Positions 13,871-26,800 of a stretch of 42,470 bases of DNA are shown piece after piece. Origin of the DNA: Eledone cirrhosa (taxonomy: Eukaryota). The position numbers and the translations under genes are program-made. The stretch's first letter is position 1. The number at the start of each line of letters is the position of its first letter. The notes below the pieces were generated by a model, which was given only the letters and a program-made list of their open reading frames with translations, was not told where the DNA came from and searched no databases. The stretch is from positions 1-42,470 of the forward strand of contig CAXHJY010000236.1 of NCBI GenBank assembly GCA_964016885.1, written 5' to 3'.

Positions 13871-16800
13871 TTAATTGTAAGTTGGGATGTTGCTTTTCAA
13901 CTCATGTTTTCTATTTAATTTTGGTTGTAATTTTTTTATGTTTATTGCCTCTGTGATTTGTCTAAACATTGCGTCTTTTCTGTGTGTAGATTCTATTTTT
14001 ATTTCTATGTCCTCTAATTTACCCTTATGTTCTATTTTAGCATGTTGGGAGAGTACAGATGATTCTTTACTATCTTGAAGGTCTCGCCAGTGTTCATTTA
14101 TCCGTTCCCCTACACTACGTGCTGTCTCACCTATGTACACTATATTTTTGTCTCTACATTGTCCTTCAGTACATCTTATGCTATATACTACATTTCTAGT
14201 TTTACAGTTAATTTAAAGGTTATACATTTCTTATCTATACAGGGGTGTCTTTGAAAAGGGTATGTCTTGCTAATAACTGTTTTTACGGAGGTACCTGGTC
14301 TTTCTACTATCTTAATATTGAGTTTATATTTATCTAGGGCCCTTCTAAATTTGTAAGCTAATTCACTTCTAGGGGTTGTATCGATGAACATTACACTCTG
14401 GTATTTATTGCTATCATACCATGAGTTTATTCTATTAGCCTTATTCCTAGTTCTTTCTATTCTATTCCAAAATTTGCTCCTATGCAAGGGGCAGGTCCCA
14501 TTTGTGTCATTATTTACCGTTTTTTTCCATTTGGTTCTGGCTCCTCTATACACTCTGATTTTATCTCTCTGATTGTAACCAGAGAACTGCATACGGTGGA
14601 TGAAGTGTTGTATGTGTCTCTCTAGTTCTTCGGGGTTGCACATGCGGGATACGTTTCTCATCACCCGTACCAAATACGCAATCAGTATGTTGATTTTGGT
14701 ATGGTCCGAAACAGCTGAGTTTCGGTGGATCAGATATTTGGAAGTCATGGGTTTTTGCATAATGGGAATGGAGGATTTGTTTTTTGTTATTAATGGTATC
14801 TAACTAGATCTATGTGTCTAGTACAGGTAATCGATGGTTGGGGTGTTTACTTGGGTAGTCTATAGTAACTCTAATACACTGGTGGATTGAGTTAGCTATT
14901 TGCTGGATGCTTTCCATTCTGTTTTTCCCTAATTCCTGACTGTTCTCTAGTGGGGGTGTTTTAACTACGATGTTTATATCATCAACGTAGCGGGAGTACA
15001 TTATCAGGGTTAAGGGGTCTTCTAATTGTTCTTTAAGTTTAAGTTTAAGTCTACTGTCCCACCATACCATGAATAAGTTAGCTATGTCGCCTGCAATGCT
15101 AACACCAATGGCTGCTCCTATCCTCTTGGGCATATGTTTTTCCATTAAATTTGAACATATGTTCCTTAAGGGTTAATTTTATGCTGGCCCCCACCGCATG
15201 TGCAATCATTTTCTTTAGTTCATCGTGGTTTTCGGGTGTCCGTATGACTCTGGTCCACCCGTTCCATCTATCTGTGTGGGTTTTCTTGGCCATTGAGGTA
15301 ATGGTAGGTGGTCTGCCTCTTGCTGGTTTTGTTGCTAAGGTCATATGTGTCTAGGTAATTATTACTATAGGTAAGTTTAAGTAGGAGTCCCAGCTCACTG
15401 GTATCAATCCCACTTGAACTCAACATTGCTCTCACTGATCATTTCTACGCATTTCTCCACATCAAAATCCACGTCAATAGATGGATACAGGGACACAACA
15501 TCCATACTACCTATTATGCAGTTTGTTAGGTCCCTAGATCGGTTACTCTCGTCGATTCTGCTGAGGAGGTCCTCCGTGCTGTCACATACATCTGGGGACA
15601 TTTCAATGATGGGCGTATGATCAGGGAGAGGAAGTAGGACAGTCTGTAATTACTAGCAATGTTAGCTCCACAGACTGGCCGTGTTGGTGGTCCTGTGACA
15701 GGGTCACTGCCCGTTTTATGGTCTTTTCGAAGCCCATACAACTCTGGCACGTCATTGTTGCAGGCCTGGAAGTTGTTGACAGTCCTTTTGTTGGGCTGCA
15801 TTATATTTGTCCACATCACCATATGGGCAGTGAGGGCTTTTTCTCTATCCTCATGCTCTTGTGGTGTAACTTCTCTTGTGTTAGTGATGTGGGGTTGCAT
15901 TGCCTGGATGTAGTTTGGCAGACTGTCAACCGACATTCTGCCAGACTTGTCTGTTGGAAAGCATGCTATCTCTCCATTACGCGAGCGCTACATGAGCTTA
16001 CGCAAGCCATTTGCAGATTGTTCTCCCAGTTGATGGGCCTCTATTCTATTATGCTTCATGCTATACTGTTCTATAATATTTCTAAGTTTAGATCTAGCTA
16101 TACTAAATTGTGCTTCTGTTTGTTCATCGTCCTGCGACGGCAATTGCGTGCGTTTGTTAAAAGGTAAAGTCGTGGCGTGGATTCGTCGCAGGTCGAACGA
16201 CTTACCGGAGGGATTATAAAAAGTAGAGTTCCAGGCTGCTGCTTTATGTGTACTAGTGCTATTGTTATTGTTAGTTGTGTTGTTTCTATTTCTATTTCCA
16301 CCAACAGCCTCATGGTTGTTTCTATGACTCTCATTATTACTCCTGTCTCTTTCCTCTGGCTCATTGTTATTATCCACTCTATTTTGTGTGTCTGTGTGTT
16401 CATCTTGGTTATTTTCTCGGTCCATAATCTCTCTTCTCCTTCCAATCCTATTACCTTCCCTTATTTCTGTGCTACTGCCATTACCTGTTTTCTGTGTCTG
16501 TGTGTCTGTTAAGATTGTGGTGGTGGTGAGAGGCATTGAATGTGTGTGTGTTGTTGTTGTTGTTGTTGATGTGTGCTGTTGTTGATGTGTGTTGTTGTTG
16601 TTGTCTCCGTACGTGTTATTATTGTTGTGTGTGTTGTTATTGTTGTTTGTGTCTGTGTGTCTGTTGTTTTGGGGATGTGTGTTGTATATGTCTGTGCGTA
16701 TGTTGTTACTTTTGTTTTTGTTTTTGTTTTTGAGGCTCCAACGTAATTTTGTAAATGATTTTTCTATTTCTGACAAACAACTAATCATATTTACCTTCTT

Positions 16801-17484
16801 GAATGTCGCATACTTAGGTCGCAGTTGTAATACAGATAATTCATCAGAGTCGACCATAGCGTTGCTGCATATATTTGTGTTGTTGTTGTTGAACTCATCA
16901 GTTAATGAGATGTCGGCCATATTTATACCGTCAATTTTGTCGGGATATCTATTGGTATTCTCTAAAGTATCTTGATTTAGTTTTATCTGATTAAGCCACT
17001 TTAGTTTCTTGTTAAAGTGCTTATCACATTCATGAACAATGTACTGTTCCTCAGGACGTATAAGGCTTATAAATATTAGGTTTTCCCTTTGTGTGGTGAT
17101 CTTAGTTATTTCTTGTATTAGGTTACGCTTATGTTTTTCTTGATGACTTAATTCTCTATAGATCTTTTTTATGTTTAGAATTGGTGCTCGTTTTACCCTA
17201 TCTGCTTGCTTTTTGGTGAGTTGTAATCTTCTTGCATCGGTGTTGATGGTGTTGGTGTAAACTCGGGACGAGGCACATTATTTTATGAAGTGTAGTTGTC
17301 GAGATGTTATTGTTTTTCGTAGATAACAGAACATGGTGGTTTTCAGTATATTGTTAGCCTGGCTAAGGCTTACGATATTTCGTTTCTGAATTTGTTTAGC
17401 AAGATACTTTATTTGAAAACGTGTGTTGAAACCGATATTGTTATACTTTGGGAGGGTCATGTTGCCAATAAGAAACACACGCAC
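13871..17484 (-). pseudogene. PLE RT + GIY-YIG polyprotein, multiply frameshifted
   Basis: VLQLRPKYA, LYGLRKDHK, PPTRPVCGA, IGSMDVVSLYPSID, GAAIGVSIAG, YSRYVDD, LPVLD, KPM, SGY, KIVERPG, NVVYSIRC..YIGETARS..ER..EH. Confidence 0.92.
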
Positions 17485-19141
17485 CAGTTGCTTTCACTTC
17501 AATTTATTATAATAAATTTATAAATTTAGGAATTTATAAATTTCCGGTTGGTTGGTTGGTTCCACAATCAGATGGTTGTTTATATATTGTCAAAGTTCTT
17601 TCGTCACACACTCTGTGACCTCTTCAGTGACTGGGGATTCTTTTCTTTGTTTTTGTGCCTCTCCTTTGTTCTGTCCTACGCCATCTTGTATATGTGTGTG
17701 TGTTGTGTGCTCAGTCTGCGCATGCGCCACATCCGGGTGTCTGTGTGTGTTTATATTCGTTTATTTATTTATTTATTTACATGTTACAGTTTGTTTATTT
17801 GTTCTATGTGCGTGTGTGTTTTCATGTTGTCCTTAATTGTTAGTTGTGATGTTGCTGTTCCACTCAAGTTTTCTATTTAATGTTGGTTGTAATTCTTTTA
17901 TGTTTATTGCCTCTGTGATTTGTCTAAACATTGCGTCTTTTGTGTGTTTAGATTCTATTTTTATTTCTATGTTCCCTAATTTACCCTTATGTTTTAGCAT
18001 GTTGGTAGAGTACAGATGATTCTTTACTATCTTGAAGGTCTCGCCAGTGTTCATTTATCCGTTCCCCTACACTACGAGCTGTCTCACCTATGTACACTAT
18101 ATTTTTGTCTCTACATTGTCCTTCAGTACATCTTATGCTATATACTACATTTCTAGTTTTACAGTTAATATCATGGTATGATAGCAATAAATACCAGAGT
18201 GTAATGTTCATCGATACAACCCCTAGAGGTTAATTAGCTTACAAATTTAGAAGGGCCCTAGATAAACATAAACTCAATATTAAGATAGTAGAAAGACCAG
18301 GTACCTCCGTAAAAACACTTATTAGCAAGACATACCCTTTTCAAAGACCCCCCTGTATAGATGAGAAATGTATAACCTGTAAATTAAGCCCCCATATTAA
18401 CTGTAAAACTAGAAATGTAGTATATAGCATAAGATGTACTGAAGAACAATGTAGAGATAAAAATATAGTGTACATAGGTGAGACAGCTCGTAGTGTAGGG
18501 GAACGGATAAATGAATACTGGCAAGACCTTCAAGATAGTAAAGAATCATCTGTACTCTACCAACATGCTAAAATAGAACATAAGGGTAAATTAGAGAACA
18601 TAGAAATAAAAATAAAATCTACACACAGACGCAATGTTTAGACAAATCACAGAGGCAATAAACATAAAAGAATTACAACCAAAATTAAATAGAAAACATG
18701 AGTGGAAAAGCAACATCCCAACTTACAATTAAGGACAAAATGAAAACACACACGCACATAGAACAAACAACCAACCTGTAACATGTAAATAAACAAATAA
18801 ATAAATAAACGAATATAAACACACACAGACACCCGGATGTGGCGCATGCGCAGACGGAGCACACAACACACACATAGAAACAAAATGGTGTAGGACAGAA
18901 CAAAGGAGAGGCACAAAAACAAAGAAAAGAATCCCCAGTCACTGAAGAGGTCACAGAATGTGTGACGAAATAACTTTGACAATATATAAACAACCACCCG
19001 GTTGTGGAACCAACCAACCAACCGGAAATTTATAAATTCCTCAATTTATAAATTTATTATAATAAATTGAAGTGAAAGCAACTGGTGCGTGTATTTCTTA
19101 TTGGCAACGTGACCCTCCCAAAGTATAACAATATATATTTT

Positions 19142-19193
<52 letters not shown>

Positions 19194-19221
19194 TAGATAT
19201 ATATATATATATAAATATATA

Positions 19222-19294
<73 letters not shown>

Positions 19295-19296
<2 letters not shown>

Positions 19297-20368
19297 TGAA
19301 ACAAAATGAAAACGAAATTTCATTTCTCACTCTTAGTATGGCACTTACTTAAATGTAATATATATATATATCTAGATTACTGATATATTAGATTACTGAA
19401 GCTACCTTATACCTTCTTAAAAATACATTTTATAATTATTGTCTTTTTGCTTATATATTTTCTTATCATTTTCTTTAATCTTGCCCAACTTGATAAGCTC
19501 TTTGAATTGCTCCCTAATTAAATTACTTAAATTACTTAAATTATTTTATCTATTATACCTAAGTTGTATCTGTTGAAGCAGCCCTTTGAAAATTCCTCGG
19601 ATATCCCAAATCCCGTAATTTTTAACTTTTAATTTATAATTTTCCTCAATTCGTTTTTATATATATCCTTAAAGGCTCTCTAAAATTTTAATTCTTCGAA
19701 GGGTGTCTCGGAAGAGGTTCTTATTATAAATATTAAAGGGGCCTTTTCTGGGGGAATTTTTGAAGGCTTTTTGAATTAACCTTTAATTGATTAGTTTCTT
19801 TCAACTTAGTAGGGATTATCAAAACTTCGTAAATTTTCTGAAATTTTTTAACGTGATCTCTGGGGAAGAAAATTTTTTTCTTTCGAAAAAACTTTTTTTC
19901 TCTCGAAGCAATTTTTTAGGAAACTTTATATTTTTTTTTTTTTTTTTTTAGTCTCTTAATCTCTTCTGGTTTGTTAGGTTTATTGAGGGATTTTTTAAGG
20001 TGCTTCTACGGGATCCCGACTCTTTTACTTTTAATGCGTAAATTATAAATTATCTAATTTTTAACCTTCAATCCCTGACTCTTAGGCCCTTTTCAAATTC
20101 TCTTAACTCCCCATAACCCATCCCTTTTACAATTCCTACATCTAATAAAAAAGAGCCCCCTTAGAATATAGACCTCAAATATACAAGCGGAGCTGCTGAT
20201 GTATACCACAATTTCAAACTGCTAATCTTGAGTGAAACGTTGATGTAAATAATGAACTTACAATCACGTTATATGCCTTGAAAAGTCCCACCATATGGTC
20301 GGACGAAACATCTGTCGGCAATAAACTTGTTATAATGTCATAATAGTTCCTTTGTCCTTTTTCATTAA
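19295..20368 (+). mobile_element. Non-coding 3' end of another HHR-bearing (PLE-type) element
   Basis: AT-rich, no ORF, ends with HHR + AATAAA then (TA)n. Confidence 0.6.
20274..20320 (+). ncRNA. Type I HHR (U3:A8 core)
   Basis: TGCC-TTGAAAA-GTCC(c)ACCA(ta)TGGT(c)GGAC-GAAA-CA(tc)TG-TC-GGCA. Confidence 0.88.
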
Positions 20369-20386
20369 TATATATATCTATATATT

Positions 20387-20513
<127 letters not shown>

Positions 20514-20643
20514 ATATGTATATATTTATATATATATTTATATATATATATATTTACATATATATATATTTATATAAATATATATGTATTTATATATATA
20601 GATATAAATTTATATATATATATTTATATATATATATTTATAT

Positions 20644-20708
<65 letters not shown>

Positions 20709-20751
20709 TATATATATTTATATAAATATATATATATATATAAATATATAT

Positions 20752-20808
<57 letters not shown>

Positions 20809-20872
20809 TAGATATATATAAATATATGTATATATATATAAATATAGATATTTGTAAATATATATATATATA

Positions 20873-23800
20873 TAAATATAGTAGAATAATCGAGTATCGA
20901 AAAATCGGCGCACGAGTTCACGATAAACAAAATTCGACATGAGTGGCAGAGGGCTCAATAATTCAGATAAATCAGAGCTATAACTATCGTTAAAATACCA
21001 ACACACATAGATTATGTCTAAAATCAACCATACGACCGAAAAATTACGATCAGGAAGATTCGGGTCACACAGATAAAATATCAATAAATCAATAAATCAT
21101 GTGAATGTAAAAAGCTTACCCGGACCCACTAGAAAGATGGTAAATCTAGCTTCTTGGGTTTCTGTAAATCCTTAAACCGCCCACTATCAGCCCACATAAA
21201 AATATATAAGACTTCTAGAGAGCGGCGGACAGGAAATACTTTATCAACGAGCTTTGTCCAGACGAATAAAAAAGCCAACCCTAGCTGAAAACGCACATGG
21301 AATCCAGCAAGGGAGATAACCTCTATATCCGCGAAAAATATTCGGGAATGTGGAAAATCACATATCGAATAAGAGTGCTCAATAGACATGTTAAAATAAA
21401 CAGGAGCTATTCATCATTTAATAGAATCGACAAAAAATGAACAATAAAATTAACTGGTCAATAGCTAAGTCTAGAGCTAAATATAGTAGAATAATCGAGT
21501 ATCGAAAAATCGGCGCACGAGTTCACGATAAACAAAATTCGACATGAGTGGCAGAGGGCTCAATAATTCAGATAAATCAGAGCTATAACTATCGTTAAAA
21601 TACCAACACACATAGATTATGTCTAAAATCAACCATACGACCGAAAAATTACGATCAGGAAGATTCGGGTCACTCAGATAAAATATCAATAAATCAATAA
21701 ATCATGTGAATGTAAAAAGCTTACCCGGACCCACTAGAAAGATGGTAAATCTAGCTTCTTGGGTTTCTGTAAATCCTTAAACCGCCCACTATCAGCCCAC
21801 ATAAAAATATATAAGACTTCTAGAGAGCAGCGGACAGGAAATACTTTATCAACGAGCTTTGTCCAGACGAATAAAAAAGCCAACCCTAGCTGAAAACGCA
21901 CATGGAATCCAGCAAGGGAGATAACCTCTATATCCGCGAAAAATATTCGGGAATGTGGAAAATCACATATCGAATAAGAGTGCTCAATAGACATGTTAAA
22001 ATAAACAGGAGCTATTCATCATTTAATAGAATCGACAAAAAATGAACAATAAAATTAACTGGTCAATAGCTAAGTCTAGAGCTAAATATAGTAGAATAAT
22101 CGAGTATCGAAAAATCGGCGCACGAGTTCACGATAAACAAAATTCGACATGAGTGGCAGAGGGCTCAATAATTCAGATAAATCAGAGCTATAACTATCGT
22201 TAAAATACCAATACACATAGATTATGTCTAAAATCAACCATACGACCGATAAATTACGATCAGGAAGATTCGGGTCACACAGATAAAATATCAATAAATC
22301 AATAAATCATGTGAATGTAAAAAGCTTACCCGGACCCACTAGAAAGATGGTAAATCTAGCTTCTTGGGTTTCTGTAAATCCTTAAACCGCCCACTATCAG
22401 CCCACATAAAAATATATAAGACTTCTAGAGAGCGGCGGACAGGAAATACTTTATCAACGAGCTTTGTCCAGACGAATAGAAAAGCCAACCCTAGCTGAAA
22501 ACGCACATGGAATCCAGCAAGGGAGATAACCTCTATATCCGCGAAAAATATTCGGGAATGTGGAAAATCACATATCGAATAAGAGTGCTCAATAGACATG
22601 TTAAAATAAACAGGAGCTATTCATCATTTAATAGAATCGACAAAAAATGAACAATAAAATTAACTGGTCAATAGCTAAGTCTAGAGCTAAATATAGTAGA
22701 ATAATCGAGTATCGAAAAATCGGCGCACGAGTTCACGATAAACAAAATTCGACATGAGTGGCAGAGGGCTCAATAATTCAGATAAATCAGAGCTATAACT
22801 ATCGTTAAAATACCAACACACATAGATTATGTCTAAAATCAACCATACGACCGAAAAATTACGATCAGGAAGATTCGGGTCACTCAGATAAAATATCAAT
22901 AAATCAATAAATCATGTGAATGTAAAAAGCTTACCCGGACCCACTAGAAAGATGGTAAATCTAGCTTCTTGGGTTTCTGTAAATCCTTAAACCGCCCACT
23001 ATCAGCCCACATAAAAATATATAAGACTTCTAGAGAGCGGCGGACAGGAAATACTTTATCAACGAGCTTTGTCCAGACGAATAAAAAAGCCAACCCTAGC
23101 TGAAAACGCACATGGAATCCAGCAAGGGAGATAACCTCTATATCCGCGAAAAATATTCGGGAATGTGGAAAATCACATATCGAATAAGAGTGCTCAATAG
23201 ACATGTTAAAATAAACAGGAGCTATTCATCATTTAATAGAATCGACAAAAAATGAACAATAAAATTAACTGGTCAATAGCTAAGTCTAGAGCTAAATATA
23301 GTAGAATAATCGAGTATCGAAAAATCGGCGCACGAGTTCACGATAAACAAAATTCGACATGAGTGGCAGAGGGCTCAATAATTCAGATAAATCAGAGCTA
23401 TAACTATCGTTAAAATACCAACACACATAGATTATGTCTAAAATCAACCATACGACCGATAAATTACGATCAGGAAGATTCGGGTCACTCAGATAAAATA
23501 TCAATAAATCAATAAATCATGTGAATGTAAAAAGCTTACCCGGACCCACTAGAAAGATGGTAAATCTAGCTTCTTGGGTTTCTGTAAATCCTTAAACCGC
23601 CCACTATCAGCCCACATAAAAATATATAAGACTTCTAGAGAGCGGCGGACAGGAAATACTTTATCAACGAGCTTTGTCCAGACGAATAAAAAAGCCAACC
23701 CTAGCTGAAAACGCACATGGAATCCAGCAAGGGAGATAACCTCTATATCCGCGAAAAATATTCGGGAATGTGGAAAATCACATATCGAATAAGAGTGCTC

Positions 23801-26800
23801 AATAGACATGTTAAAATAAACAGGAGCTATTCATCATTTAATAGAATCGACAAAAAATGAACAATAAAATTAACTGGTCAATAGCTAAGTCTAGAGCTAA
23901 ATATAGTAGAATAATCGAGTATCGAAAAATCGGCGCACGAGTTCGCGATAAACAAAATTCGACATGAGTGGCAGAGGGCTCAATAATTCAGATAAATCAG
24001 AGCTATAACTATCGTTAAAATACCAACACACATAGATTATGTCTAAAATCAACCATACGACCGAAAAATTACGATCAGGAAGATTCGGGTCACTCAGATA
24101 AAATATCAATAAATCAATAAATCATGTGAATGTAAAAAGCTTACCCGGACCCACTAGAAAGATGGTAAATCTAGCTTCTTGGGTTTCTGTAAATCCTTAA
24201 ACCGCCCACTATCAGCCCACATAAAAATATATAAGACTTCTAGAGAGCGGCGGACAGGAAATACTTTATCAACGAGCTTTGTCCAGACGAATAAAAAAGC
24301 CAACCCTAGCTGAAAACGCACATGGAATCCAGCAAGGGAGATAACCTCTATATCCGCGAAAAATATTCGGGAATGTGGAAAATCACATATCGAATAAGAG
24401 TGCTCAATAGACATGTTAAAATAAACAGGAGCTATTCATCATTTAATAGAATCGACAAAAAATGAACAATAAAATTAACTGGTCAATAGCTAAGTCTAGA
24501 GCTAAATATAGTAGAATAATCGAGTATCGAAAAATCGGCGCACGAGTTCGCGATAAACAAAATTCGACATGAGTGGCAGAGGGCTCAATAATTCAGATAA
24601 ATCAGAGCTATAACTATCGTTAAAATACCAACACACATAGATTATGTCTAAAATCAACCATACGACCGACAAATTACGATCAGGAAGATTCGGGTCACAC
24701 AGATAAAATATCAATAAATCAATAAATCATGTGAATGTAAAAAGCTTACCCGGACCCACTAGAAAGATGGTAAATCTAGCTTCTTGGGTTTCTGTAAATC
24801 CTTAAACCGCCCACTATCAGCCCACATAAAAATATATAAGACTTCTAGAGAGCGGCGGACAGGAAATACTTTATCAACGAGCTTTGTCCAGACGAATAAA
24901 AAAGCCAACCCTAGCTGAAAACGCACATGGAATCCAGCAAGGGAGATAACCTCTATATCCGCGAAAAATATTCGGGAATGTGGAAAATCACATATCGAAT
25001 AAGAGTGCTCAATAGACATGTTAAAATAAACAGGAGCTATTCATCATTTAATAGAATCGACAAAAAATGAACAATAAAATTAACTGGTCAATAGCTAAGT
25101 CTAGAGCTAAATATAGTAGAATAATCGAGTATCGAAAAATCGGCGCACGAGTTCGCGATAAACAAAATTCGACATGAGTGGCAGAGGGCTCAATAATTCA
25201 GATAAATCAGAGCTATAACTATCGTTAAAATACCAACACACATAGATTATGTCTAAAATCAACCATACGACCGACAAATTACGATCAGGAAGATTCGGGT
25301 CACACAGATAAAATATCAATAAATCAATAAATCATGTGAATGTAAAAAGCTTACCCGGACCCACTAGAAAGATGGTAAATCTAGCTTCTTGGGTTTCTGT
25401 AAATCCTTAAACCGCCCACTATCAGCCCACATAAAAATATATAAGACTTCTAGAGAGCGGCGGACAGGAAATACTTTATCAACGAGCTTTGTCCAGACGA
25501 ATAAAAAAGCCAACCCTAGCTGAAAACGCACATGGAATCCAGCAAGGGAGATAACCTCTATATCCGCGAAAAATATTCGGGAATGTGGAAAATCACATAT
25601 CGAATAAGAGTGCTCAATAGACATGTTAAAATAAACAGGAGCTATTCATCATTTAATAGAATCGACAAAAAATGAACAATAAAATTAACTGGTCAATAGC
25701 TAAGTCTAGAGCTAAATATAGTAGAATAATCGAGTATCGAAAAATCGGCGCACGAGTTCACGATAAACAAAATTCGACATGAGTGGCAGAGGGCTCAATA
25801 ATTCAGATAAATCAGAGCTATAACTATCGGTAAAATACCAACACACATAGATTATGTCTAAAATCAACCATACGACCGAAAAATTACGATCAGGAAGATT
25901 CGGGTCACTCAGATAAAATATCAATAAATCAATAAATCATGTGAATGTAAAAAGCTTACCCGGACCCACTAGAAAGATGGTAAATCTAGCTTCTTGGGTT
26001 TCTCTAAATCCTTAAACCGCCCACTATCAGCCCACATAAAAATATATAAGACTTCTAGAGAGCGGCGGACAGGAAATACTTTATCAACGAGCTTTGTCCA
26101 GACGAATAAAAAAGCCAACCCTTGCTGAAAACGCACATGGAATCCAGCAAGGGAGATAACCTCTATATCCGCGAAAAATATTCGGGAATGTGGAAAATCA
26201 CATATCGAATAAGAGTGTTCAATAGACATGTTAAAATAAACAGGAGCTATTCATCATTTAATAGAATCGACAAAAAGTGAACAATAAAATTAACTGGTCA
26301 ATAGCTAAGTCTAGAGCTAAATATAGTAGAATAATCGAGTATCGAAAAATCGGCGCACGAGTTCACGATAAACAAAATTCGACATGAGTGGCAGAGGGCT
26401 CAATAATTCAGATAAATCAGAGCTATAACTATCGTTAAAATACCAACACACATAGATTATGTCTAAAATCAACCATACGACCGAAAAATTACGATCAGGA
26501 AGATTCGGGTCACTCAGATAAAATATCAATAAATCAATAAATCATGTGAATGTAAAAAGCTTAACCGGACCCACTAGAAAGATGGTAAATCTAGCTTCTT
26601 GGGTTTCTGTAAATTCTTAAACCGCCCACTATCAGCCCACATAAAAATATATAAGACTTCTAGAGAGCGGCGGACAGGAAATACTTTATCAACGAGCTTT
26701 GTCCAGACGAATAAAAAAGCCAACCCTAGCTGAAAACGCACATGGAATCCAGCAAGGGAGATAACCTCTATATCCGCGAAAAATATTCGGGAATGTGAAA

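Larger units (their letters stand above)
13415..19133 (-). mobile_element. Penelope-like retroelement 3 (Nematis-like), full length, with tandem and inverted pLTRs
   Basis: 3' pLTR about 13415-14190, tandem upstream pLTR about 17376-18168, inverted copy about 18170-19133 (matching about 13470-14425). TA flanks. Clade call tentative. Confidence 0.92.

Noticed and set aside
13586-19021. Cys/Val-rich ORFs antisense to the PLE-3 pLTRs
   Set aside because: Antisense shadows of CA-rich UTR sequence, repeated only because the pLTR is repeated.
21120-21161. 42-nt symmetric micro-exon (minus strand, CAG|...|GTAAGC) repeated per unit
   Set aside because: Weak polypyrimidine tract, no host gene evidence, and it coincides with HHR stem III.
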